64,000 nucleotides of DNA from Octopus vulgaris (GCA_951406725.2 OX597821.1:23746001-23810000); one strand, 5' to 3'; counted from the stretch's first letter, positions 1-18,322 are shown. The notes: generated from the letters alone by a model not told the origin. A program made the numbers and translations.

Positions 1-300
1 ACTTATTCTTTTGTAAGACCAGTACTTATTCTATCGGTCTCTTTTGCCGAACCGCTAAGTAACGGGGACATAAACACACCAGCATCGGTTGTCAAGCAAT
101 GCTAGAGGGACAAACACACACACACACACGCATATATATACATATATACGACGGGCTTCTTTCAGTTTCCGTCTACCAAATCCACTCACAAGGCATTGGT
201 CGGCCCGAGGCTATAGCAGAAGACACTTGGTGCCACGCAGTGGGACTGAACCCGGAACCATGTGGTTGGTTAGGAAGCTACTTACCACACATCCACTCCT
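1..300 (-). mobile_element. tRNA-derived SINE family A (3' end off-window)
   Basis: Minus-strand head GGAGTGG.TGTGTGGTAAG (A box)...GGTTCAGTCCC (B box); internal (TA/TG)n; matches many other copies in window. Confidence 0.9.
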
Positions 301-306
301 TTTATA

Positions 307-1056
307 TTTTACTTGTTTCAATCCTTAGAGTCTGGCCATGCTGGGGCACCGCCTTGAGAAATTTTTAGTCGAACGAATCAACACCAGTACATATATTTAA
401 AGCCTGGTACTTATCCTATCAGCTTCTTTGGCCGAGAGGATGAGTACGGGGACACAAGCACACCGAAACCAGTTGTTAAGCGGTAACGGGGAACAAAGAC
501 ACAAAGACGCGCGCGCGTATACAAACACGCACGCACACACGCGCATACATACATACATACATGCATACATACATACATACATACATACATACATAAATAT
601 ATACACATACATACATACATACATACATACATACATACATACATACACACACATACATACATACATACATACATACATGATACATACATACATACACACA
701 TACATACATACATACATACATACATACATACATACATACATACATACATGATACATACATACATACATACATACATACATAAATATATACACATACATAC
801 ATACATAAATATATACATAATATATACACATACATACATACATACATACATACATACATACATACATACATACATACATACATACATACATACATACATA
901 CGGTAGGCTTCTTTCAGTTTCCGTCTATTAAATCCGCTTACAGAGCTTTGGTCGGTTTGAGGTTATAAATGAAAACACTTGTCCAAGGTGTCATGCAATG
1001 AGACTGAACTCAGAACGATGTAGTTAAGAAGGAAATTTCTTACCACACATCTACGC
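307..1056 (-). mobile_element. Older SINE A copy with internal microsatellite expanded to ~360 bp (CATA)n
   Basis: Diverged 3' half 307-540 and 5' half 900-1056 are collinear around the repeat tract. Confidence 0.8.
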
Positions 1057-1071
1057 ATATATATTATATAT

Positions 1072-1460
1072 GGAGTGGCTGTGTGGTAAGTAGCTTGCTA
1101 ACCAACCACATCGTTCCGGGTTCAGTCCCACTGCGTGGCATCTTGGGCAAGTGTCTTCTGCTTTAGCCCCGGGCCGACCCATGCCTTGTGAGTGGATTTG
1201 GTAGACGGAAACTGAAAGAAGCCTGTCGTATATGTATATATATATATATGTTTGTGTGTCGGTGTTTGTTCCCCTTGGAGTGATTGACAACCGATGCTGG
1301 TGTGTTTGCGTCCCCGTCTCTTAGCAGTTCGGCAAGGGAGACCGATAGAATAAGTACTGGGCTTACAAAGAATAAGTCCCGGGGTCGATTTGCTCGACTA
1401 AAGGTGGTGCTCCAGCATGGCCGCAGTCAAATGACTGAAACAAGTAAAAGAGTAAAGAGT
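1072..1460 (+). mobile_element. SINE A, full length
   Basis: A/B boxes, CORE-like CTTGGGCAAGTGTCTT, tail ...GACTGAAACAAGTAAAAGAGTAAAGAG. Confidence 0.93.
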
Positions 1461-1465
1461 ATATA

Positions 1466-1654
1466 TATGTTTTTGTCTTTATGTTTTCGTTTCTCATTGT
1501 GTTCAACGTTTTTTCTTTTTATGTCCTGTACCCATATATGCATGTATATATACATGTAGATGTAGGTATGTACATATATGTATGTAAAGATGCATGTATT
1601 TATATATTATTTATATTGTTATATGATCGAACGCCACGCATCCTTTTCCAAGTA

Positions 1655-1709
<55 letters not shown>

Positions 1710-1839
1710 TACCCACGTATGCATGTATATATACGTATAGATGTATGTACATATACGTATGTATATATGCATATATATATATATATATTATTTATATTAT
1801 TATATGATTGAACGCCACACATAATCTTCCAAGGTATAA

Positions 1840-1840
<1 letters not shown>
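1466..1840. repeat. Two tandem fragments of a dispersed TA-associated repeat (family X)
   Basis: TGTCCTGTACCCATATATGCATG...GAACGCCAC motif recurs at 34184-34356 and, inverted, at 39260-39403. Confidence 0.75.
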
Positions 1841-1876
<36 letters not shown>

Positions 1877-2443
1877 GATATGCATATTAAAAGGGGTCCG
1901 TGGGAAAACGGATTGGACTGGGAACCACTGTTGGGAACCAGTGTGAAAAGGCTGAGAACTACAACACTAAACCCTTCAACATGGCTGCCATTCAATGACT
2001 GAAACAAATAGAAGACAAAATATTAAACATAATCGTCAGAAGTATATAAGGCACATACTGAAAGGCATGATTTGAGTATGATTTGACTGCTGTTTCTAGC
2101 AATTTCGAATGAAAAATTACGTGATATGTATGTTTTTCTATGTGTGATATATGTATTTATATATTCATGATGATGATGATGATGATGTGTGTATGTGTTT
2201 GTGTGTACGTATCTATTTCCATATATGTATCTCCTCTCTCTTTTTATCTATTTATCTATCTTTAAACATACATACATACATAAATACATATATGCATGCA
2301 TACATACATACATACATACATACATACATACATACATACATACATACATACATAGATTACATACATACATACATAGATTACATACATACATACATGCATA
2401 CATACATACATACATACATACACTACATACATACATACATACA

Positions 2444-2474
<31 letters not shown>

Positions 2475-2994
2475 CATACATACATACATACATACATACA
2501 TACATACATACATACATACATGCGTATATAAATATATATGTGCGTGTGTTTTCCCTATTTTATTAACAAATAAGTACCAGATATGACCATCCTATCCGTT
2601 CCCATCCAGTTACCCTGGTACAGTATATATAGGTTTGCATTAACCAACGTCTCCTTTAACACAAAAGGGCTACCTGGCTGCTGTTGCTTACGAGTTGAGC
2701 AACTGGTTGTTTAGACAAAGAACGTCCTTTTTACGAAACAGCTGCTGCGTGTAATAAGATTTACTTAACAAGGTTAAGGGCAGGCATTACAACAGACGGG
2801 TGTGTTTAATATTTATGACAAAGAAGGGAACTGTGTTTCACTCATCGGCTTTGCTTTAAATTTGCCTTACATTCACTGCAGTCAATTTTAAAATCAATTA
2901 ATATGCAAGTGGTTATATATTATACAAACGGACACATATACATACATACATACATACATACATACATACATACATACATACATACATACGTACA

Positions 2995-3030
<36 letters not shown>

Positions 3031-3166
3031 TGTGTATATATGTACGTAATATATTTATGCTTAAGTAATTATATAAATATATATGTTTTACTATCTATCT
3101 ATCTGTGTGAGTGCGTGTGTGCGTATATTTCTATATATGTAGATATGCGTATATACATATATATGC

Positions 3167-3198
<32 letters not shown>

Positions 3199-3365
3199 CA
3201 TAATTAAATCTATGTATATATATATATGTATATGTATATATATATGAATATATATATACATTTCCAAGTAAGTTTATATAGATAAATATACACATATATA
3301 AATATATATATATATATATATATGTCTTCGTCTTTTGCTTTCTGCAAATTTGGACTATATATATG

Positions 3366-3450
<85 letters not shown>

Positions 3451-3624
3451 CTTGTGCCTAAAGTATACGTTTGAGATATTTCTCAACATATGAAACTTAA
3501 AGACATGTATTGTGCCCATTAAATAAATAATATTTATCTCTCACCAGAGAGAATTTTCCATATATTACATATATACATATGTATATGTGTGTGTGTGTTT
3601 GTGTTTAGATGTGTATATATATTA

Positions 3625-4420
<796 letters not shown>

Positions 4421-4427
4421 CACACAC

Positions 4428-4518
<91 letters not shown>

Positions 4519-4784
4519 TCTTTATATATATGTTCATGTACCTACTTGTACGCTCACAGTCACACACACACACACAATTGCGCGCACACCCGAGAATATA
4601 TGCCTGTGAATGAGTTTATTCACGTGTGTGTGTGTGTTTGTGTGATTGCGCGCGCGCACGCGTGCCATGTGGTGCTGACCAATACAAGGCTATTCCATGT
4701 TCGTTTTCCATTTTATAGAAACATATTTGTTAATTTTAATTCTACTTTTTGTTTGATTTGATTAACGTGTATCCACAACTCCCA

Positions 4785-4815
<31 letters not shown>

Positions 4816-4911
4816 TTCCCTCTCCCTCTATTTCTGTGTGTGTGTGTGTGTGTGTGTCTCAGTGTGTGTATGTACATTTATATGTATGCACATATATACA
4901 TATATATATAT

Positions 4912-5308
4912 ACTCTTTTACTCTTTTACTTGTTTCAGTCATTTGACTGCGGCCATGCTGGAGCACCGCCTTTAGTCGAGCAAATCGACCCCGGGACTTA
5001 TTCTTTTGTAAGCCCAGTACTTATTCTATCGGTCTCTTTTTGCCGAACCGGGGACATAACACACCAGCATCGGTTGTCAAGCAATGCTAGGGGGACAAAC
5101 ACAGACACACAAACACACACACATATATATATATATACATATATACGACGGGCTTCTTTCAGTTTCCGTCCACCAAATCCACTCACAAGGCATTGGTCGG
5201 CCCGGGGCTATAGCAGAAGACACTTGCCCAAGATGCCACGCAGTGGGACTGAACCCGGAATCCTGTGGCTGGTTAGCAAGCTACTTACCACATAGCCACT
5301 CCTGCGCC
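4912..5308 (-). mobile_element. SINE A, near full length
   Basis: Complete head, internal microsatellite and tail. Confidence 0.92.
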
Positions 5309-5572
5309 TATGTGTATATTTATGTGTATATTTATGTATAAATGTATATACATTACATATATAAATATGCGTGTATGTATGTAAGTATATGTTTGTATAA
5401 GAGTATGTATGTATATATATCTGCACGCATGTATATATATATGCATACAACTGACAGCACACGACACAAGGCAGACAGGAAGATAAACAGCAGAATTTTT
5501 ATGGAATTTATACACGTGTGCTTTCATCTACATATGTGTATGTATGCCCATGTACACATATGACTATGTGTG

Positions 5573-5713
5573 TCATCATCATCATCATCATCATCATCAT
5601 CGTTTAGCGTCCGCTTTCCATGCCATCATGGGTTGGACGGTTCAACTGGGGTCTGGGAAGCCAGAAGGCTGCACCAGGCCCAGTCTGATTTGGCAATGTT
5701 TCTACGGCTGGAT
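5573..5713 (-). mobile_element. 3' fragment of RTE-type retroposon with (GAT)n tail
   Basis: (CAT)n followed by CGTTTAGCGTCCGCTTTCCATG...TTTCTACGGCTGGAT, resembling RTE-related SINE ends. Confidence 0.5.
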
Positions 5714-5893
5714 ATATATGTGTGTGTTTATTGATGCATGCACACGAACATGCACTCACACATAAACCAAAATGGACCATAGACATCCATGTTTTGTAAA
5801 AAAATAACTTTTATATCATTTGCATTTCATTTTTATTTCATTTGTCTAATGCGAGCCCAGAGCAATTTCTTAGACTGTTTCGGTTTTTGCCTG

Positions 5894-8948
<3,055 letters not shown>

Positions 8949-9249
8949 CACACACACACACAAACACACATATATATACATATATATGTACATATATATA
9001 TATATATATACATACAAACATATACATATATATTTTCATATATATATATGTATATATATAAATATGTATATATATATGTGTGTGTGTGTGTATGTATGTA
9101 TGTATATATTTATGTGCGTGTATTTGTGTCAGTGTTTGTCCACACCATCGCTTGACAACCGATGTTGGTGTGTTTACGTCCCTGTAAGTAGCGGTTCGAC
9201 ACAAGTATCGGATAGAATAAGCAACGGGCTTACAAAGAATGTATGTATG

Positions 9250-9314
<65 letters not shown>

Positions 9315-9669
9315 TTATACGCACGCGGTTTTATGTGTGTGTGTGTGCTTCTATTGACTGGACTAGTGATACCTACCTTACTAAAGGGAACTTACTCTGA
9401 ATTAAAAAAAAGGTAAATCAATCACACGATCAATGGATCGATATAATATGTAGTATCAGACAAAGTGCTAACAGAAAACTCCCAGTCAACAAGAATCTTA
9501 ACAAAAATTTGACTCTTGTCTCAGGACCGAGTCAACGCATGACTAAGTTTTTCATTGTGAAATTAACGTTTAGATAGTTTCGTATTTCGATAAAGATGGT
9601 ACAGCAATTTCTTACTGAAAAACTTGTGCAAATGATTCGTTTACAGTAGTCAAATGGTCGTGTTCATAT

Positions 9670-9853
9670 ATGCTCGCTCCCTCCATCAGATTGACGTTGC
9701 CTGTACCACACGTCATGTGTTCAATTGATCGTAGAGTACCGTGAGATGAATTGTTTTGCTCAAAAAACTCAGCGCACAAACCGGTTCAATAATTGAAATC
9801 ACAATCTCGCCATCGTGAGCGCAACATGTAACCACTAGGCTATGCGCCCTCAC
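9670..9853 (-). mobile_element. Ancient tRNA/CORE-like SINE remnant
   Basis: Minus strand GGGCGCATAGCCTAGTGGTTA head and TTGAGCAAAACA core-like segment; similar remnant at ~57260-57480. Confidence 0.5.
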
Positions 9854-9973
9854 TCGTTAAAACAATTACCTTAATTAAACATAGTGACACACCAACACTT
9901 ACACATACATACATACATACATACAAACATACATCCATACATACATACGTGTTTATATGTGTATGTGTGTACA

Positions 9974-10054
<81 letters not shown>

Positions 10055-10056
<2 letters not shown>

Positions 10057-10242
10057 GGAGTAAACACATAAATGTGAAACAAGGTGGGAAAAGAGTACTC
10101 AAATACCAGGAGTAGAGTAATATGCTTTATTTAAAAGCAGCAGAACTTCAACAAAACCTGTTACTTGGAGTTTCACGTTCCCGTTCGTGAAACTCCGAGT
10201 AACAGGTTTTGTTGAATTTCTGCTGCTTTTAAATAAAGTATA
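10055..10242. mobile_element. Fold-back PLE-terminus-like element in (TA)n (same family as 52110-52370)
   Basis: Arms 10121-10177 / 10186-10242; shares AGTAATATGCTTTATT and GAGTTTCACGTTCCCGTTC with 52 kb copy. Confidence 0.75.
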
Positions 10243-10294
10243 TATATATACATATGTGTATGTATATATGTACACATATACATAGATACATATG

Positions 10295-10330
<36 letters not shown>

Positions 10331-11014
10331 TATGTATCTATGTATATGTGTACATATATACATACACATATGCATATGTATACATACACGCATACATAAA
10401 TACGTATTTATATGTGTATGTGTGTACATTATATATACACACACACATAACTATGTATGTATATGTATACGTACATATATACATGCATACACATATGCAT
10501 ATGTATACATACACGCATACATTCATATATATATACACATAAATAAATAAAAACGTGTGTGTGTGTGTGTGTGCGCGTATTGATATATGTATTTCTGGTA
10601 TGTTTGTGTGTGTGTGTGTGTGATTGCGTGCATGCGTGCTTTGTGGGAGCTGTATGGAAATTAACTAGGGACGCCATCTGCAAGGAAAATAATTAGCGTT
10701 TGAGGAACAAATGGGAACGTTAATTAATCAGTCTCTAGCCAACAGAGAAACGGGCGACAACTCCAAACGTAATAAAAAAAATCGTTTATAGCAGTGAACT
10801 CTCGAAGAATTATAATGGTAAAATAGCTGATGTGATAATATTATGCGATCTTTGACAAGCCAGCTGACAGCTCTAGACATATTTATATTTAATGGATCTT
10901 AAATGTGAGGTATAGTCTTTACTTTACCTGCCAGTTCTGTGATATATTACCGAGTTTTTTTTTTATCAATCTACCTACCTGCCTACCTGCAGTTCTAGCT
11001 AGCTAGCTATCAAT

Positions 11015-11077
11015 ACATACAGACACACACACATACATACATACATACATACATACATACATACATACATACATACA

Positions 11078-11111
<34 letters not shown>

Positions 11112-11762
11112 CACATACATACATACATACATACATACATACATACATACATACATACATACATACATACATACATACATACATACATACATACATACAT
11201 ACATGCATGCATGCATGCATACATACAGACAGACACACACACATACATACATACATACATACACACAGACACACATACATACATACATACATAAATATAT
11301 ACACATACATACATACATGCATACACACATACATACATACATACATAAACATACACACAGACACACATACATACATACATACATAAATATATACACATAC
11401 ATACATACATGCATACACACATACATACATACATACATACATACATACATACATACATACATACATACATACATACATGCATGCATGCATGCATGCATAC
11501 ATACAGACAGACACACACACATACATACATACATACATACACACAGACACACATACATACATACATACATAAATATATACACATACATACATACATACAT
11601 ACATACACACATACATACATACATACATACATACATACATACATACATACATACATACATACATGCATGCATGCATGCATACATACATACATACATACAT
11701 ACATACATACATACATACATACATACATACATACATACATACATACATACATACATACATAC
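11015..11762. repeat. (CATA)n compound microsatellite with higher-order variants
   Basis: Recurrent CAGACACAC, AAATATATAC and (CATG)n interruptions. Confidence 0.95.
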
Positions 11763-11763
11763 A

Positions 11764-11960
11764 CAGCTGGCAAAAACGTTAGCATCCCGGACGAAATTCT
11801 TAGGAGTATTTCGTCTGTCTTGAAGTTCTGAGTTCAAATTCCGCCGAGATTGAATTATCCTTTTGGGATCGATGAATTAAGTACCTGTTGCGTACTGGAG
11901 TCGATCTAATCGACTGCCCCCTCTCCCAAAATATTGGGCCTTGTGCCTAGAGTAGAAAAA
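11764..11960 (+). mobile_element. SINE family B, older copy
   Basis: GCTGGCA...GAGTTCAAATTCCGCCGAG head; GGGATCGATGAATTAAGTACC domain. Confidence 0.75.
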
Positions 11961-12637
11961 AAAATAAGAGTAGTTCTTCATTAATCAAAATAATATAGTT
12001 AGCTTGGTGGGTCAACAGAGAGCTTATGGAATATTTTGCCCGGGTTCATACTCCCTCACTGTTGCATACATACATTTATTGACATACAAGTAAATAATTA
12101 ACAGCTGAAGGACTGGTGTCAAATCATTATGGCCGTTTCTAAAGAACTTTTTAATTGATAAATATGAGTATATTACATCATTATAAAAAACCGTTTTCTT
12201 CAGATGAATACACGAACTTTACAATCAAGGACATCTAAAATATTCAATGGTTCTGCCACTAGTTCAGTCGTAGAGCTATATATATATATATATATATATT
12301 AAAATTATAAGTATATGAAAGAATGGAGTTGAACGACTAGTTAACAAATATCCTTTATTCTCGACATATGTTTCGAAGGCTGCATATTCTTTCATATACT
12401 TATAATTTAAAAAAAAACATATAAATTTCCGCACGAAGACACGTAGTCTATGCCCTAGGGACGTAGCTTCAACTGTGTTCTTTCTGATGTGAATTTGCTA
12501 CCCAGGTATCGGTTATCTTTCGAATTATCCTTAATAAGATAATTCATTCAACTACTCATATATATATATATATATATATGTGTATATATGTATATATGTA
12601 TGTAAGTATGTATGTATGTATGTATGTATGTATGTAC

Positions 12638-12668
<31 letters not shown>

Positions 12669-12676
12669 TGTATGTA

Positions 12677-12699
<23 letters not shown>

Positions 12700-12712
<13 letters not shown>

Positions 12713-12903
12713 TGTGTCTGTGTTTGTCCCCCAGTCACTTGACAACCGATGTTGGTGTTTACGTCCCCGTAAGTTAGCGGTTCGGCAAAAAAGACCGATG
12801 GAATAAGGACTAGGCTTACAAACAATAAGTCCTGGTGTCGATTTGTTCGACTAAAGGCGATGCTTCAGCATGGCCGCAGTCAAATGACTGAAACAATTAA
12901 AAG
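12700..12903 (+). mobile_element. SINE A 3' half
   Basis: CTTGACAACCGATG...GACTGAAACAA. Confidence 0.85.
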
Positions 12904-13030
12904 GGTGTATGTATGTATGTATGTATGTATGTATGTATGTATGTATGTATGTATGTATGTATGTATGTATGTATCTATCTATCTATCTATCTGTCTGTCT
13001 ATCTGTCTGTCTGTCTGTCTGTCTGTCTGT

Positions 13031-13468
13031 TTAGGAAGGTGAGAAGGGAGAGGCAGGTTTTGTCTCGCGAAAGATTAAAAAAAAGATGGGTGAATGTTGC
13101 AAAGATAGTGCGTGCGAGTGACGAAACCACTTTGAGCATGATCCTGTAAATCGTAAAAGAGAGAGAGAGCACTTTGCTCTCATGTGTTTTTTTTCCCTCC
13201 CTGCCTGAGGTTACCGTGGTCTTTTCTGTAGGCTTTTCTTTCCACGGATGAACATAATCTTGTTTGTTACTTTGAAAAAAAAATTTTTTTTTTTTTTGTG
13301 ATACACAATCATATTTGATCACTTTTTTTTCTTCCGATCCTTTTTGATCGAAATTTTACATTAGTTTCCTTTTTTTTTCTTCTTTATCCTTTTCCACCTC
13401 CGAAAAGAAAAGCTCTACATTTGTAATTGCCCCCTCTGTGTCCAGCCCTGTGTGGTCAATAAAGAAAG
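13031..13468 (+). mobile_element. 5'-truncated Tx1/L1 LINE: ORF2 C-terminus plus 3' UTR
   Basis: RKVRRERQVLSRERLKKRWVNVAK...stop; 3' end AAAAGAAAAGCTCTAC...CAGCCCTGTGTGG..AATAAAGAAA matches 24100-24168. Confidence 0.8.
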
Positions 13469-13627
13469 TTATCTATATTATTTAATGTTTGTTTTTATGT
13501 TCCCTCATAATAAAAACAATTTTACATTAATCTGAGGGACCACTTCAGACTTTTGTAGAGTACAAATTTATTATTCATATACAAGAATATTGTTGACATT
13601 GAATTCGAAAATCTACAACATTCTTGT

Positions 13628-13636
13628 ATAATAATA

Positions 13637-13705
<69 letters not shown>

Positions 13706-13723
13706 GTAATAATAGTAATAGTA

Positions 13724-13754
<31 letters not shown>

Positions 13755-13911
13755 GTAATAATAATAATAATAGTAATAATAATAATAATATTAATAATAA
13801 TAATAGTAATAATAGTAATAATAAATAATAATAATAATAATAATAATAATAGTAATAATAATAATAATAGTAATAATAATAATAACAATAATAATAATAG
13901 TAATAATAATA

Positions 13912-13996
<85 letters not shown>

Positions 13997-14112
13997 TAAT
14001 AATAATAATAATAGTAATAATAATAATAATAATAGTAATAATAATAATAATAATAATAATAGTAATAATAATAATAATAGTAATAATAATAATAATAGTA
14101 ATAATAATAATA

Positions 14113-14172
<60 letters not shown>

Positions 14173-14188
14173 TCTATCTATCTAGCTC

Positions 14189-14271
<83 letters not shown>

Positions 14272-14284
14272 CTCTATCTAGCTC

Positions 14285-14363
<79 letters not shown>

Positions 14364-14376
14364 CTCTATCTAGCTC

Positions 14377-14451
<75 letters not shown>

Positions 14452-14464
14452 CTCTATCTAGCTC

Positions 14465-14556
<92 letters not shown>
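13628..14556. repeat. (AAT)n then (TATC)n microsatellite block
   Basis: Direct reading; switch at ~14172. Confidence 0.97.
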
Positions 14557-14557
<1 letters not shown>

Positions 14558-16202
14558 TTCATAGCGTGCATATGTCTAAGCTGCGAATTAAGAAGAAAGA
14601 GATAACGATAAAGTGGAGAGAAAAGCTGTTGTAGAGAGGGACAGAATTACTGCTGTCACCATTGCTATATACAGCCACATTAATACACCAAAGCACCAAC
14701 CTCCACAGCCATTAGGCAATACCATCGCAGACAATCACCATACAACAACATCATAACAAACGATACAACTTCAACATTAATATATAAGCACTCTGTCGCA
14801 CTCTGTCACGTGCGCGCGCGCGTACGCACACACACACACACACACTTTGTATTTGTTATTGCAAGGTAGGTTACTTCCTAACTCTTCCTAACATCGTTAC
14901 CTTCATTTTTTAAAAATCTTTTACGTATTTTTAATTCTACATGTGGTGCTATTAAGTTAGACATGGCCTGGGCCAATAATGGCCGAAACCTATCAAAGTA
15001 TCAAAGTATCAAAGAATAATTTATCTCCCTTGCACTTTTAGGTTAGTAGATAAAAACACGGGTACCTCATACAAGGGAAATTACCACTTTCCACTTTCAA
15101 AAGTTGTAGTTTGACAAAAGACTACTGTCCAAAACGTTAGATCCTTCCCTTACAGTAACTGAACTTATTGAAGTTTAAAATGAACTCTCATATAATTTTA
15201 AAGTGTTTTTCAAAATCTTGGAATTATATTTTATTCGTTAGTTTTATTATTTCAGTTATGATATCATCTGATCATAATATTTAACAACAATTAGCATTAT
15301 GAAATTAAACTCAATGATAAAAATAGCACTGTGGAACACGATTTTTGTCCTTAGGTGGCAATTGTCATTTCCTATTTGTTTACCCCTAGAAGGTATGAAA
15401 AACGGCTTATATTTCCTTCAAACTTTGCTTTTGTTACGATGTTTATTCAAATCGCTAAGAATCCTTTTCAACACATGGCTATGATGCTCCCCCATTACTC
15501 CTGCTTATGACCAGAGATGCATATATTGTCAACTACTATGGGACATGCTCAAGTGGTTATGGTCAAGCAACTGACAAGCAAATATGTGGTATTGAGCAGA
15601 ATATTTGCTATAACGATATTTCTGCTGAATCTGTCTGAAATGTCATGGAAAATAGATCAGTTTCAAAGCGTTGAAGTCCAGGTCACAAAAGCAAAATTTG
15701 AAGGGAATAAGTAGTAATTTCCTTTGACTTCTAGATAAAAGCAAATAGGAAATAACACTCATCGTCCCGTATATTTAGAGCTTTGGAGAACTACTTTTTC
15801 TTATAGCTGCTCTATTTAAGACAAGGGCATGATTTAGCGAGATTCGGCTGCTATATCTAGCAGTTCCAGTGGCCACCAAAAGAATTTATTTTTGCATAAG
15901 TAAACTCAACATACGTTATTATTAGATTTTTCTGGTATTTTCTTATTTCGATAGACCCTTTTTATAGCTTTAGAGACCCTCACTTTGTTGAAGTGCGACG
16001 CTATTAGTAAGGGTTCTCGTTAAGAAATTTAATTGCAATATCGATTAGGCATTATCTCCCCTTTGTCATGTGCTTGTATTTACTATTTCGGACACAAACC
16101 ATCGCTACGTAACCCGGATTCTTCTGTTTTACTTAACTGCATAAAAGCTCCATCGTGAGCTTATGTGGTCCCTATTTTCAAGTAAGGGTTATACTGAGAT
16201 CT

Positions 16203-17120
16203 GGACAGAATTCTACTCTAAGCACCCCATATAACCCTTAATAACTTTTGAAAAATTTTGGGAGGAATTTTCAGAAACTTTTTGTGATCTTTACAGTTTG
16301 GGTGCCAATTTTCGAAAATTTAAAGTTTTTGGAAAATTTTAAAATACGTTACATTGATATATCAAGCTGAATCCCAGGAGATATTTCACTTTTTTCATGA
16401 AATTTTTAAAAAATAAGTTATAGAGTTTTAAAGTTTGATAATTTTCACGCAGTGAGAAAACAGGATTTGGAAGCTGTCATTTTGTGCGTGACGTGTTTTA
16501 ATATAAAACTGTAAATAAATCAACTTCTATTTTACGCACGACATATAACCCCTCATAACTTATTTATTTTTTTGAATTTTCAGAAAATTTTTGCAAATTT
16601 GTATTCTACGCTTTGGAATTTATACAATTATGCAAAAACCAAAAAGAAAATTGGGTGCACGTCATTTAAGGCCTGTTTAGCTGTTATTTTTAACACATCT
16701 CTCGACCAGGGTGCAAGTAGCAGAACACAGCGTAGAATATATTTGTCAACGGGTGCTATCTCGCAGACAAAAGTATTCCCATGTTGGGTTGGTTGGCATG
16801 GATGAGTCTGTGGCTTACGATTGGCTAAAATTACCCAAAATTTTCAAACTTTGAAAGCTAATAACTATTTATCGATTAACTGCGAAAATGAATTTCAAAG
16901 CAGTGATTAATTATAGAAGCAGTGAAATCAATTCAAGCAGGAATTGAAGAGATTGAAAACTGGCAACCAAACTGAAAAGATCGAATTTTTGCGAATTTGG
17001 GTTCTGCAGACAGGAATTCATACGATTGTATATATACCCCCCCCCCTAAAAAAAAAAACAATTCTATTTTTAAACTCAACAATAACCATAAAACCATAAA
17101 GTTTTAAACCCAACCATAAG

Positions 17121-17176
<56 letters not shown>

Positions 17177-17503
17177 TATTTTTCGATTTTTCTATTTAAA
17201 TCAAAGTAGGAAATACAGACAGTCCGAACTAATTCCCAGGAATGGACCATTAAATGTGTTTATGGAAAGGGGGGGCATCAATACAAGTCAGAATGACAAT
17301 GAAATGAGAAAAGTATCAAATGGTCGTGGGATGTGTTAAATACAACAGTTAAATCGCCCTTAAATCACACATTTTTTTTTTTTTGCATAGTCGTATGAAT
17401 TTCCGCTTGTAGACACCGAATTCGCAAAAATTTTCTGAAAATTCCAAAAACTTATAAAAGAGATGTAAGTGGTTATATGGGGTGCTTCAATCGAAATTCC
17501 GCC
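16203..17503. mobile_element. Non-autonomous TIR element (Merlin-like, degraded)
   Basis: Termini GG.CAGAATT....AAGCACCCCATATAACC / GGTTATATGGGGTGCTT....AATTCCGCC; subterminal inverted GAATTTTCAGAAA; TSD unclear. Confidence 0.6.
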
Positions 17504-17807
17504 GAGATTCGGCTGTTATACCAAGTCTATTTCTACTAAATAGAATCTCTCTCACAACTACCTATGCCCCCCCCCCCCCACCTTTAAATACAGCAGAAAA
17601 TCTCTTATAAGATTTAATAATCGCATCTTTCTTATAAGAAAGATGTGACTGCAATAAAGCCCAAACTACTAAATAGATATTCCCTCACTGGATCACGTGG
17701 TTCCTGTATTAAAGACAGTAAGAAACCACAGGAAGGTATTACGGATCTGTTCTGTTACATTATGTTACTCAGAGGTCTTGTGGTCCCTATATTAAAACAG
17801 CAGGGAG

Positions 17808-18021
17808 ACTCTTTTACTCTTTTACTTGTTTCAGTCATTTGACTGCGGCCATGCTGGAGCACCGCCTTTTTAGTCGAGCAAATCGACCCCGGGACTTATT
17901 CTTTGTAAGCCCAGTACTTATTCTATCGGTCTCTTTTGCCGAACCGCTAAGTGTAACGGGGACGTAAACACACCAGCATCAGTTGTCAAGCAATGCTAGA
18001 GGGACAAACACAGACACACAA

Positions 18022-18080
<59 letters not shown>

Positions 18081-18251
18081 AATACATATATACGACGGGC
18101 TTCTTTCAGTTTCCGTCTACCAAATCCACCCACATGGTTCCGGGTTCAGTCCCTCTGCGTGGCACCTTGGGCGAGTGTCTTCTACTATAGCCTCGGGCCG
18201 ACCAAAGCCTTGTGAGTGGATTTGGTAGACGGAAACTGAAAGAAGCCTGTC

Positions 18252-18319
<68 letters not shown>

Positions 18320-18322
18320 CTA

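Noticed and set aside
14969-15145. Two faint hammerhead-like strings (GGCC..GGCC-GAAAC; TTGACAA..GTCC-AAAAC)
   Set aside because: Too many core or stem defects to call.
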